Source: Perkinsus chesapeaki ATCC PRA-425 (taxonomy: Eukaryota > Protista > Perkinsozoa). Taken from it: a stretch of DNA of 64,000 nt. The notes under the pieces are model-generated. The model did not search any database, was not told the DNA's origin, and worked only from the letters and a program-made list of their open reading frames with translations. Position 1 is the stretch's first letter, and each line of letters begins with the position of its first letter. The position numbers and the translations under genes are program-made. The DNA lies in contig JAAPAO010000044.1 in NCBI GenBank assembly GCA_013115145.1, forward strand, positions 1 to 64,000, read 5' to 3'. Below are positions 24,779 through 35,744 of this stretch, piece by piece.

Positions 24779-27370
24779 CAAGCTCTGCGCGCTGTACTTC
24801 GCTATCATGACTATCAAGAGAAAACACAACTCCCAAGCCGTCTTCGGATCTTGTCGTCCTTCATACACTAGAGGAATAGGTCCAAGGAACGGTACTTTCC
24901 ACAGATTCGTCCAGCCGTGACACAACCGCCCCGTGTTCCGACTTTGAATGGGTCTGCGAAACTCAGGTACTTGGTGGTTCCACTCGGCTTTCAATTGTGA
25001 GAATGATAGACTATTCGACAGCCAAGATGAGCATGTTAAGTGCCTTGATGAGCTCAGGGAGAGTGCCATTATGAACAACGTGACAATTTTATAATCTGCT
25101 GTGAACGAGATGCTCTCCGCAGATTCCCGATGGTGGAACTGCTGGCCTACAGCGCTCTATGGCTGGCAGTTACTCCCCTCTACTGTTTATGCCATGCATT
25201 GTTCTCGTAGCTATCATTGGCGACGATGTAGTGCTGCTGCTGGTAGCGACGCTTTTATCGGTGGGACCAACCCGTCCGCATTACCCATCAACGTGTCAGG
25301 TGTTCCTACTGTGGATATCACGTTTTTGTAACCACTATCATAAGTATCTTCACGAGCGCCACTATTCCATCTTGCTTCGAGCTCTCTTTGCTTTCTGGTT
25401 GGCATTCCGAGTCTTACAAACTGGGCCAGCGGATCAAGGTAGATTACCCACAAACTACTGTATTCATGCGTGTCGTGCTACTTGTACTAATGTATATCAT
25501 CATCAGTATTAAGGAGCAAAGTCTTAGCCCTTTGAATAATGATCTACCTTGTCGCTGTTAATCTGTAGAGTAGTCTCACATGAGGCGCTTGTGGTTGATG
25601 AGTGCTCAATGCCTTGTCCAGGATTTCATCCTCGACAATGTTTCCGATGATGGTTCCTTTTGCAGATAACTGGACCTTGACATCTATGTCGCGTACCATA
25701 TCATGTGTTTTAATGGTAACAATACTCGACTTAAGCTCATTTCAAGTACTGCTGTTTTCCTTCCAGATACTCGATTTTATTTTCGGCGACGTCATGGGTG
25801 CATTTAATATTCACAAACGAGGCGTTAAGTTTGAGATTCTCAAGAGGCTTCCGGTGAGGGAGCCGACCGTTGATTACTGTCAGGCTGGGGGACGCGTTTC
25901 GTAAATGAGATGCCCTGGGCACATAAGTAGCATCTGATGATGGAAGGGTCTCTTCCAGAAGAACTCCATCATCATTCAGGCTGAGTGCATAACATGCAGA
26001 ATTCCCAGTATATAAATAATATAATAAACCGTCGAATGTAATCGGCACTTTGCGAAGATACATTCTGTTTCAGGGACGACTATACGTCTGCCGCGAAGTT
26101 ATCACATGGCCGAAGGACAATCAACGAGCATCAACGGATCGTGAATTCAGCTGTGTAGATGACGCTATTGTCGCGGGTACTGTTGTTTCTTATAAGTGCT
26201 AACTTAGGGAGCCGTCATTGGCCAAGACATCTATCGTGATTATGCAGTGAAGCAAAGAAAAGACATAAAGCTGTTGTGCGATGTTCAAGGTTAAGGTGCA
26301 ATATGTCCTTTAGGAGAACTTATTTCAGGTATGATTTGCTGGTTGCAACCTATCACTAGACACGATCTGCATGCGCTGATGTACTGTGGTGATGTACCTT
26401 TACCCATTCCAGTGTATTCTACAGCGACTTTCAATGTCGAACTTCAGCTTGCTACAGTAGGTTTACAGTAGGCTACGGTAGTACTCAACATATCAGGATT
26501 CAACGGCAAGGATTGATGCGTACGGCAAAGCGCGACGTCGAGCTGTGAAGTGAAGTACACATTACACATCAGGATACGCCTTGTATGCTAGGGCATGTGT
26601 TGCGTTGGCTATTCAATTCTCAATGTCAACCGTGAGCCAGCCGTTTCGGGCCAGGACTCAAGGCTGAGTCGGGCGAATATCTTGCAAAAGTTCGATGCTT
26701 GCAAATTGTTGTGCCAAAGATTCTGATCACCGCTTCAAGGACTCCCAGGTTCCCGCGAAATCTTATATATGTCTCACATATAGGCATGCTCATGAAGAGC
26801 AGTTGATCGCGAAGTATCCTATATGCAATCGAAATGATCTTGTCTTGTGTAGAACAGGATTATCTTGCGCTTGCGGTTCGTGGAGTTCGCACCCCTCCAA
26901 TTCGTGCATTTACTGCCGCAGTGTACCCGCGCTCCGGGAGAACTTGGGGATTCTCCCGTCCAGCTTATGCTATCCTGGCTTGACCAATGAGAACAAGACG
27001 TCCTGGAATAGTCTTATACCTTGTTCTCATGTGAGGTTTACCAAATCCAGGCCACAACATAGACCTGGGTTATGTCTCACGCCATCCTAGATTGACACTG
27101 CGCACAACAAAACATCTCCTGTATTATACAGTCTGTATAGTGCGATGAGCGCATAAGACTGACAAGTATGTCCCAAGTTTGAGAGACAAACTAGAATCGG
27201 TAGTAAATACCGACCCTTCTATGAGTTAATATATGAGATTATGAGGTGTGACTTGTAGCTTTATCCTTATGATAGCCCAAAATTAGCCAGACCAAGATGG
27301 CAACCCATCTAACATACCAACCAAAAGCTAGTTAACGGTGTGCACACATACACCGATGCAGTAACCTCCT

Positions 27371-27933
27371 TCAGAGCATTCCTAAATAACAGAAAGATAT
27401 GTACGGGATTCTGAAGCTGCTTACACTATCAGAAGAACACTTCACTCCGCAGAAGTTCAACGCGTCGAAACATTCCGCCTCGCCGCTGGGGGGCTGAGGG
27501 CAGTCACTTGCGTTTTCGCAACCCACTGTACAGAGAGCGCCTGCGAGTTTACTCGTTTCGTTATCCTGAGAAAGTGAGTGTCTGAGTAACACCTATAGAT
27601 AGTTTTCTCACAGTAACAGTGACGAGGTGACTGGGCTGCTCGCAGAAGCAATTCTCGTCATTCTCACAACTCCCGGTTGGCTTCTTGTAGACGTCACCTG
27701 AATACGGCATAGATTTCACAATGTCAGTTGAGGGTACCATAGTCAGTAGTAAGATGTCTGGATAGGGAATACCTGGAAGTATCAGGCTCAAAGCAGATCC
27801 AAACTGCTGGCATAATAACCAACTATTAGTCGCACGGTAGATCGTACATGTGTCCTTCGGAGTCGCTGATGAGCTTTACTGCAATGGTGCAGCTGAAAGC
27901 CGCGATGAGCAGAACGATGTGAATGAGTTGCAT
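27371..27933 (-). CDS. Small secreted cysteine-rich protein
   Basis: ATG 27933 gives signal-peptide-like MQLIHIVLLIAAFSCTIAV. Downstream exons have YKKPTGSCENDENCFC and LCTVGCENASDCPQPPSGEAECFDALNFCGVKCSSDS, with regular Cys spacing. Confidence 0.65.
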
Positions 27934-28415
27934 ACTGATGCTTTCCCAATTCTTGAAGAGAGTAGCAGATCTTTTAAGCTGATTCGCGTTTAAAAAGCTT
28001 ATTCAGCTGAGGGGAGCTATGTATAGCTATTAAAACCGAGCATGCGGGAGTCACCGACTCGTAAAGTGTCTGCCTCCAGCTGTATAGCGTGACAGAATTA
28101 ACTCGATCGAGCAGTGCTCAGCGCTCAAACAGTGTTATTGCTGGAGCGACTTGTCGAAAGCCGAAGCAGCAAAGGGAAGCCATGTTTTACAACATTGTTA
28201 TGAGGTAACGCCGCGTACGCGTTCTACTTATGTAAATAATTCTGTTTGCTAGGCTCGGCGTGTGGAAGGATGGCCGAAGCTCGAGAACTATACGGCTGGC
28301 AATGGTTCAGTTTGAACTTCAGAATCTGAGGATGAGCGAAACATGCAACATTGCATCGCAAGATGAAGGTCACCAAGAAACAAGGCGACGCCAGGAGACG
28401 TCAAGTGCTAAGCTT

Positions 28416-28437
28416 TTTCTCTAAGAGAAATTCTCTT
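28416..28437. other. Perfect 22-bp hAT-type excision scar (inferred TSD TTTCTCTT)
   Basis: TTTCTCT + AAGAGAAA + TTCTCTT. Confidence 0.7.
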
Positions 28438-30128
28438 CATTATCTCATCGAAAGTAGACTTTCTCTTCGCAAGAAGGCTGAGAATTCAGAGAATGTACTT
28501 GTGCAAAAATGAACAAGTTTCCTTCGGTCCGATGTATGGCCAAAAATGCTTCTATACAGCTACTTTTTCTGCTCATAACGAATTGCACGCTCAAGCTTGG
28601 ATGCACTGTTGACTCCCGCGCAGCGACGCCACGAAAATGTTAAGGCGAGTAACTATTGTGCTGACAAAGCAGATGCGGAGTCCCTCACGTCGTTATATGC
28701 TTGCTCTTCGTGAGAATGTAGTGATTGGCACAAATTTGTCTTGGTCTCGAATATTTTCGGGATTGTTGCTGGAGGATCAGCGAATGCGCGTCGCGGAGCC
28801 AGGATATACGTTGAAAGGGGTTGCGGAGCCACGATGCATATGTCCAGGCGAGTTACCCTAAGATCTCAGCTAGTTGAGCCTCGAGGCATCTCCCATCGAT
28901 GACTTGAGGCAATGCATCATGGGTATCCGATCAGGTTTGGTTGTTTGAACTCTCAGCAGACCAGCAGAAAACTATGTATCACGGAGCTCCAGCAGGCAGT
29001 GAGCAGCTTCGCCCAGAGTTGTCGGTCCGACAGAGAGGAATCTTCTCAGGTCACCAGTGAGTAGGTAGATCTTTATATTACCAAACAGGTTTTCGAATTC
29101 GACCCTCTACCTTTGCAAAAGAAATCAAGGGAGGCCTGACGTGGTCCACAGCGACGCCGGAGATTTTGTTGGCTGTGTAGTTCAGTGAGTAGTCGCCAAC
29201 CCGAGTTCAAAACTTATTCTAATCCTTGCCATCATGACTCACATTTTGTGAGACATGAGAGCTTCCTGTTGGGAAGCACCTATACTCCCGCGCTGCCCCA
29301 CCAACAGCTTGGAACTCCGTTACTTGAGCCAAAACTGTTGGTTAACACGTGACGCACGTGCTTTTTTTACTTTCCGGCACTTCAATACGAAGGATTATCG
29401 TAGAAACGCGAATTGACTTATATGTCCTCTATTGGAAGTGGCGCGTCAGACGTGTGAGACTTGAAGAAATGCTGAGTGTCGACTCGCTCTAAGCGAGTCG
29501 CGAAGGCTGCTAGAGCAAGTATCCGAGCATCGCGAAGCTATTCACAAACCTTCATCCGTCCAGCTGAGCAGTACCTGTTTTGCATTTTAAATCATCGCAG
29601 AACGCATTAAGTTGATGGTACCAATACTCAAGCATCCTGATACCCGTCGACTTCAGAAGTTCCGAAGTATCCTCCAAGTCACCACAAAGTCCCTTTTTCA
29701 CGCGTGGCGCTATTAAAAAGAATCCGTCGCGTAATCGCGTCTCCATGCAAGTCAAGCTGTGAAAGCTTTGCAGGGCATCCTCTGTAGCCGAAGCGCCTAT
29801 CGTTTTATCATTGTATCTTCATGGTATATCATCTTGATCATAGGAAGGCTTCGATGGGATGAATGTAAATTCAGTTATTAGTATGTCAATCATTGAGATC
29901 ATCGCTCTGCTAACGAGCATCTTCCTCAAGGTATCATCACTCGATCCGCTAGATGGGAGGGTCTTCTTCGTGAGGGATATTTCGACTCATACTTTGGCGA
30001 TCATTATTGCATTCTCGCAAGTATCAGGAGTGCCCTATGCATGTTCAACATGCATGATGCATAATGCATCCAGTACCATCCTAAGTCCATGGCAGTAGAT
30101 TATGAGGACTATTCTGTATATCTACCTG

Positions 30129-30317
30129 TGCTGTGATATCAATGTGCCACAGTGGTTCTGTCTTGACTGGGGTAGTTATATGCGTATAGCATCTGCGCCA
30201 TAGTGATCGATTTAACTGTAGCTCACTATTGTACGCACGCACTGGTAGTGCTCTTTCCACCCCCTCTTTGGTGGCCTCGTGTTCCCAGTGAGCTGGACGG
30301 TTGCTATAAACATTACA
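30129..30317 (+). repeat. 5' LTR (189 bp)
   Basis: Identical to 34615-34803 except one G/T (catagtGatcg vs catagtTatcg). Confidence 0.97.
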
Positions 30318-30319
30318 TC

Positions 30320-30340
30320 TGGTGCCCAGACCCAGGATCG
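30320..30340 (+). promoter_or_regulatory. Primer-binding site complementary to a tRNA 3' end (Phe-like)
   Basis: TGGTGCCCAGACCCAGGATCG, 2 nt after the LTR. Its reverse complement CGATCCTGGGTCTGGGCA-CCA has tRNA T-arm/acceptor register and resembles eukaryotic tRNA-Phe ends. Isoacceptor is inference. Confidence 0.85.
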
Positions 30341-30342
30341 GC

Positions 30343-31211
30343 ATGCCGTTCAAGCTCGAATCTGTATTAGAGCCCTATGCTGGTGGGGATGAAGACTTTG
30401 CGCTTTGGTTGCGTGAGTTCGAGACCGTGGCCGAGGCCTCGAAATGGTCTGCTAAGCAAAAGTCGCACTATATTGTCTTACTTACAAAAGGCTCTGCTAA
30501 GGACATCGCGAGGGAGGCCCTCGATGAGGTTGACAGCGATTCTGCCGTGGCTTATGCTCACGTTGTCAAAGCTTTGGATAGCGCCTACTCGCTCAAGACA
30601 CAAGATGCCTGGTACCTGCTGACCCATAGGCAGTGGCATAAGGAGGACACTGTTGACGGAGTCCTTGCTGAGTTTAGGCGTTACCTTAAAGTCCTTGCCA
30701 TCTCCAACTCTGTGGCTAACGAGAACATTCTGAGGGAGAGTCTCTTGGCGGCCCTCCCGGAGGAAGTGAGAAAAGCCATCCGTATGTTCGAGGAGAATGG
30801 GCGACAGCTGCCATTAGCCGATGTTGTGGTTAAAGCAAGAGCTCAGCTTAAAACCCACAAGTTCGACAAAGATTTGGCTGCTGCTGCTGTTACTATATTA
30901 TTACCTAATATTGTTACCCAATATTGTTACCTATGTAAGACAACTGGGCATACAGCTATCGATTGTGCCCAGCGAGGTGTGGGGTCTTCTACAACCTCCA
31001 AAGGTGACGAGCGAGTCGCTCGGAGCGACCTAGAGGCAAAGGCAAGGGTAAAGGCAAGGAGCGAGGAAAAGGTCCACGTTGTTATGCCTGTCAAAAGTAT
31101 GGCCATATTGCTCGAGATTGCAAAGTTAAGTCAGGGAAAGCGGGTGCAGCAGTTGATCAGGATTTTGGGCCGGCAGGGCAACCGACGGGCGAGGTTGTTC
31201 TGCACATGTAA
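30343..31211 (+). CDS. gag: Retrotransposon gag with two CCHC zinc knuckles, split by an internal frameshift
   Basis: ATG 30343. Knuckle 1 CYLCKTTGHTAIDC is in the start frame. RGKGKGKGK...CYACQKYGHIARDC is in the -1 frame, which ends at TAA 31209-31211. Confidence 0.85.
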
Positions 31212-34200
31212 GACGCCCCTACCTGCTTTGCAAGTTCAATGGCGAGGAGCACGCCATTGGGGTTGACACCGGTGCTGACTATTCCCTGCTATCTGCGTCC
31301 TTTGCAACGTGCCTAGGTATCGCGGTGCAACGAGATTGTCCTGATGTGGTCCTTCATATGATGGACAGCGTTGGTGTGATGACAACAAGTGGTCAGGCTG
31401 AATTGGATATCAATTATCTGGCGAAAGATGGTTGGGTAGGTGTAAAGCATACATGCTATGTGGTGGATCGACTTGCATTTGGTCCCTTGGTCCTTGGTGC
31501 CGACTCTGCCTCTCTCTATTGTCAAGGTATGTCATGGGATAAAAATGGTCTCATCAAGGTGGCTGCTGCTGTATGTGAACCCTCTGAAAATGTCCAAATA
31601 TATGATTTGCCTGATACACCCGGGGTGCGTGTTCTAGAGCACTCTGATGGTACCGTTGAACTCATCAGCAATGACTTTATACTGGTTAAGGGCCGCGGTG
31701 ACCTTCAGTTTACCTGCAAATGGATTTGGCGTGGAGGAGAACCACCAGGGACATTCTTCAAGGCCAATAGAGGTGACTACAACCCCAAGTTAACCCCTAA
31801 AGAGGAGGAGCACCTTGCTGTTGAAACCGCTAAACTGGTTGACAATGGGTGGATTAAACGGTACCACGGTGAGGTGAAGAACATATTACCATGGGTACTT
31901 GTACCCCAACCCCATAAGCTATCAACTCCTCTTCGCATGTGCTTAGATTTCCGAGCACTGAATCGCCACATCGTGAGTGAGCCCATTCGCGATATAGTAA
32001 ACTGTGTGGATTCTCTCCACCAGTGGCGTTCCATAAGGCGGGGCTACACGCTAGATGTTACGAAATGTTATTACTGCATAAAAATGTGTGAGAGTCTGTG
32101 GCCATATTTATGCGTCATGATTGGTGGTGACATCTACACAATGGTGGTTTTGGGATTCGGTGTCAGCATTGCGCCAAAAGTGGCAACAACAGTTATCCGG
32201 TGGTTATTACTAAAAGTACCATACCCTGTATCAGCATACCTTGATGATGTGGTCATCGAGGAGGCTGATCCCAATGCTGTTATCACTACTACATCGAGTG
32301 CGGAGGTCCAGACTGATCCCCCATGTGTAGTTGTCGTTAGGGAAGCTCTGTGCAAAGGCGGTATGAAGTGCAAGCCCACAGTAGTGATAGGTGCTGATAA
32401 CAGTAGAGTCTTAGGGTTGAGTCTCCATGAGCATGCTGGAGAAATATTCTGGACGAGAAGAGAAGATCAGTCGTTGGAGATCGACCTAACGGTGGGACAG
32501 TCCATATCTAAACGTGAAGTTGCAGCATGGTGCGGTAAACTTACTGCATTGGTCCCCATTGCTGGTTGGTTGAGGCCTCATGTAAGTACAATCCTCAGAA
32601 CCCTCAGTGCTACGAAATGGGATAGCATGGTCGATGAGTGTCATCTTGACCTGGTACATTATGTCCAAAATAAAGTGGAGAATGAGGGCGACCCAGCTCA
32701 TGGTGTCTGGTTTTGTCCACGAGCGTCAGATGCTAGGGTATGGCATGTACATTCTGATGCGAGTGGTATAGCCCAAGGGGCTACTTTATCTTATGAGAAA
32801 GAGAATGGCGAGCTTGTGGTAGTTCGTGATGCTGCGTGGTTGCTGGACCGACGTGGAGCCCTACGACACATAAATGTTAATGAGTTATGTGCGGCGACTC
32901 GTGCTCTTGCGTGGGCTGCTCCATTCATTGCGGTAGTCTACCTGCATGTAGATATCGAATGCGTTCGCAACTGGATCGAACGTTTCCAGGAAGGCCAAAA
33001 TGTGCGGCGTGGTGGCCTGTCTACTACTATAGTTGGTCGTCGTCTCCAAGCAATCTATGACATTGCGGAACCGTTCAACTCTTTCAAAATCTGTCGTGTA
33101 ACCTCTGCTCAAAATCCTAGTGATCCCCTGAGCAGACTTGATGACAGATTTCTAGCTCTCATGGATTCTATTATTTGTGATACATCCTCCGGTATCGACG
33201 TTGAGGCAGACCTGAATGTGCACGCAGGCGCGGCTCTCAACCTCCCAATATTAGATGATGAGATGTTTCTGAATCTCGCGGAGGTGGTAGAAGGCCAGTA
33301 TGATGATGATGACCTGTTCAAAATCCGGAGAGCTTTGCGCTTGGGAAGGTTGCTTCCTGAAGGTATTGCTCTAGACTTACAACAGGTTTATTATGAGCTA
33401 GAGATTGATGAGTATGACGTGCTGAGGCGCAAGTATGTGGCGCCGTACCAGGGAAAGGAAATATGTGTTCCTGTGGTCCCGGAAGCACTTAAGGTCGAGC
33501 TTATCCATTCGGTCCATGGGCTTCTCTGCCATGTGGGTCAAAGGCGAACCTTAGAGGCAATTACTAGTATTGCATGGTTTCCTAACATCCTTGACCAAAC
33601 TGCTGAATGGTTACAAAAATGTGATGTATGTAGCAGACGTGCTCGACCGTTAATCATCAAGCATGATATTGGCCTTTTCAGTCCCAATGTTCTCTTGGAA
33701 GCTACGCCATTTTCGGTCGTGAGTGCTGACATTGTTTATCTCCCAAAGCCTTACCTCAGTCAGCAATGTGCAGTCAGTCGATTTGCATGTCTCATCGAGC
33801 TGGAGGGCGAGGATGCAGGTCGCATTACTGATGCCTTCGAAGCTTCTTGGAAGATTTTGGGCAAGAGACCTAGTATTCTTCTGACTGACAATCAAAGCAG
33901 TTTCTTGAGTTGTGATTTACCTGGTGTAGCTCGAGTCTATACACCCCCTAGGTCAAGCCAATCTAATGGTATGGTAGAATCTTTACATCGCACGGTACGG
34001 ATGTGGATGAGATCGATTATGGCTGATGATGCCGAGCTCCATGTGAGCAAGGCAGTCATTAAGGTTATGAAGGCTTACAACAACACCGTGCATAGTGTGA
34101 CTGGTCGTATTCCGGCTGATATGATGAAGCTGCAAGCCACTGATGTGGAATGGCAACGCTTGGTTGATAAGTCTGTCCGCGACGCGCAGAATAAGCTTAA

Positions 34201-34522
34201 TAACTGCACCCACCATGATCTATACCCTGGGGCAGTTGTTCGACTGCGCGCTGTGAATAAGTATGACAAGATCATCACGAAGACTATGGATATGCCCTTT
34301 AGTGGGCGACGCTGGCGAGTCGTTGGATTTGTTAGCAGTTCCAAAGGATTGGTTACTGATGTCGATGATGATTATTATAGTCTTTTCAGGAAAGCCAAGA
34401 TTGTAAGCAACCGTGAGACAAAAATTGTGCATGTCTCTAGGCTGATACGCTGCGATCCTGGTGAAGTCGATGTGTTAGATTTGAGAAGAGCTATGCGTAG
34501 AATAGCTAGAGCTGATGATTGA
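31157..34522 (+). CDS. pol: Retrotransposon pol (protease, RT, RNase H, HHCC + DDE integrase)
   Basis: Frame open from 31157. VDTGA (DTG 31265-31273), MCLDFRALN, YLDD (32237-32248), HSDASG / INVNEL / NPSDPLSR, H..H..CDVC, SADIV / TDNQ / SNGMVES. Confidence 0.95.
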   Translation, partial: SGFWAGRATDGRGCSAHVRRPYLLCKFNGEEHAIGVDTGADYSLLSASFATCLGIAVQRDCPDVVLHMMDSVGVMTTSGQAELDINYLAKDGWVGVKHTCYVVDRLAFGPLVLGADSASLYCQGMSWDKNGLIKVAAAVCEPSENVQIYDLPDTPGVRVLEHSDGTVELISNDFILVKGRGDLQFTCKWIWRGGEPPGTFFKANRGDYNPKLTPKEEEHLAVETAKLVDNGWIKRYHGEVKNILPWVLVPQPHKLSTPLRMCLDFRALNRHIVSEPIRDIVNCVDSLHQWRSIRRGYTLDVTKCYYCIKMCESLWPYLCVMIGGDIYTMVVLGFGVSIAPKVATTVIRWLLLKVPYPVSAYLDDVVIEEADPNAVITTTSSAEVQTDPPCVVVVREALCKGGMKCKPTVVIGADNSRVLGLSLHEHAGEIFWTRREDQSLEIDLTVGQSISKREVAAWCGKLTALVPIAGWLRPHVSTILRTLSATKWDSMVDECHLDLVHYVQNKVENEGDPAHGVWFCPRASDARVWHVHSDASGIAQGATLSYEKENGELVVVRDAAWLLDRRGALRHINVNELCAATRALAWAAPFIAVVYLHVDIECVRNWIERFQEGQNVRRGGLSTTIVGRRLQAIYDIAEPFNSFKICRVTSAQNPSDPLSRLDDRFLALMDSIICDTSSGIDVEADLNVHAGAALNLPILDDEMFLNLAEVVEGQYDDDDLFKIRRALRLGRLLPEGIALDLQQVYYELEIDEYDVLRRKYVAPYQGKEICVPVVPEALKVELIHSVHGLLCHVGQRRTLEAITSIAWFPNILDQTAEWLQKCDVCSRRARPLIIKHDIGLFSPNVLLEATPFSVVSADIVYLPKPYLSQQCAVSRFACLIELEGEDAGRITDAFEASWKILGKRPSILLTDNQSSFLSCDLPGVARVYTPPRSSQSNGMVESLHRTVRMWMRSIMADDAELHVSKAVIKVMKAYNNTVHSVTGRIPADMMKLQATDVEWQRLVDKSVRDAQNKLNNCTHHDLYPGAVVRLRAVNKYDKIITKTMDMPFSGRRWRVVGFVSSSKGLVTDVDDDYYSLFRKAKIVSNRETKIVHVSRLIRCDPGEVDVLDLRRAMRRIARADD

Positions 34523-34600
34523 GATTAGCTCAGAGTTGTGATAGTAGACTTATTTGTATTGTCTGCGATTCACCTTTAATCTTGTGATTCATTCCTTTGT

Positions 34601-34614
34601 GGCAGAAGGGCGGA
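34601..34614 (+). promoter_or_regulatory. Polypurine tract
   Basis: GGCAGAAGGGCGGA directly abuts the 3' LTR. Confidence 0.75.
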
Positions 34615-34803
34615 TGCTGTGATATCAATGTGCCACAGTGGTTCTGTCTTGACTGGGGTAGTTATATGCGTATAGCATCTGCGCCATAGTTATCGATTTA
34701 ACTGTAGCTCACTATTGTACGCACGCACTGGTAGTGCTCTTTCCACCCCCTCTTTGGTGGCCTCGTGTTCCCAGTGAGCTGGACGGTTGCTATAAACATT
34801 ACA
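34615..34803 (+). repeat. 3' LTR (189 bp)
   Basis: Direct repeat of 30129-30317, followed by TSD ACCTG. Confidence 0.97.
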
Positions 34804-35722
34804 ACCTGAGATACGCCGTACTGCTTATATTCCCCGGAAACTGGTCAAATCCAAGCTTTCACTTCCAAGCCAAGTAACTTGTGCTTCCCCAAGCATCTAT
34901 GTATTTCCCAAGCACCTATGTTAATCCATGCACTGCGGTGCAGTGTTTGGATTAACCATGTTATTGCTAGGTACATGGTAAAAGCCAAGTAAGTAGGAGC
35001 TGCACTCTTCTGTGTAGAATGTGTAGTTAGTTACTCCTTGTTAGTAACGCAATGCACTTGAGTATTATGCTAGAAACAGTCACGAATCTTGACCGCACTG
35101 GTGACCTAGATAAGAGCAGATTTTGCTCGCATAAGCACGGCTCACACCTCACGAATTGACCCTCGCTGATAGTGCTTCGTGCCCCGGATTTTCATCTCGT
35201 GAGCATATTGAAGGATATCAATTGGTTCTGGTCGTTGTAGGAAGTGTTGAGGGCTTGAACATTTCATGGATGTAATCACCTGTGTTAAAAACACAGATCT
35301 TCTGTTTCACCAAATTTGCGGATCCTCGCTGCAAACTTCGAAATGTCAAGTCTGCGCCGTTTAGCCAGGATGATCACAAGTGAGACCAGTCGTAACAGTG
35401 ACTTACTTGGGTTCCTACGAGTCCTTCAGCCGTCAGAGCAATATTAGGGTGTCCATACTTGTTGACATCCAGAGTATTACGCAAGTACTCTGCGCCACGA
35501 ACACCCTTCTCTTCCGCGGCCATTATGAGTGCCTCGGAAAGGCACTTATATATACTAATGTAATTAATGCATTGGTACTGTTTTGGAGTTCATATACTCA
35601 GTAATTGCGGAGAAATGAAAGATACAAGGTTTCGCCTATCAAAAATGCACGGTCTGTACTGTCCGTTGGTGTAAAATGCCGCCTGACTGCTCAACATTGT
35701 CGGAACTCATTATGAAACCGAT

Positions 35723-35744
35723 ACTGTTAGTAACAGTCTGTTAC
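35723..35744. other. Perfect 22-bp hAT-type excision scar (inferred TSD ACTGTTAC)
   Basis: ACTGTTA + GTAACAGT + CTGTTAC. Confidence 0.8.

Larger units (their letters stand above)
30129..34803 (+). mobile_element. Full-length LTR retrotransposon (gag, then PR-RT-RNaseH-integrase; Gypsy/BEL domain order)
   Basis: 189-bp LTRs (TG...CA) at 30129-30317 and 34615-34803, TSD ACCTG at 30124-30128 and 34804-34808, PBS, PPT, gag and pol. Confidence 0.97.

Noticed and set aside
29323-29334. Minus-strand TTTTGGCTCAAG matching the 3' end of the dinoflagellate spliced leader
   Set aside because: Only 12 nt match. The 5' part (CCGTAGCCA) is absent and no GT donor follows the complete leader.
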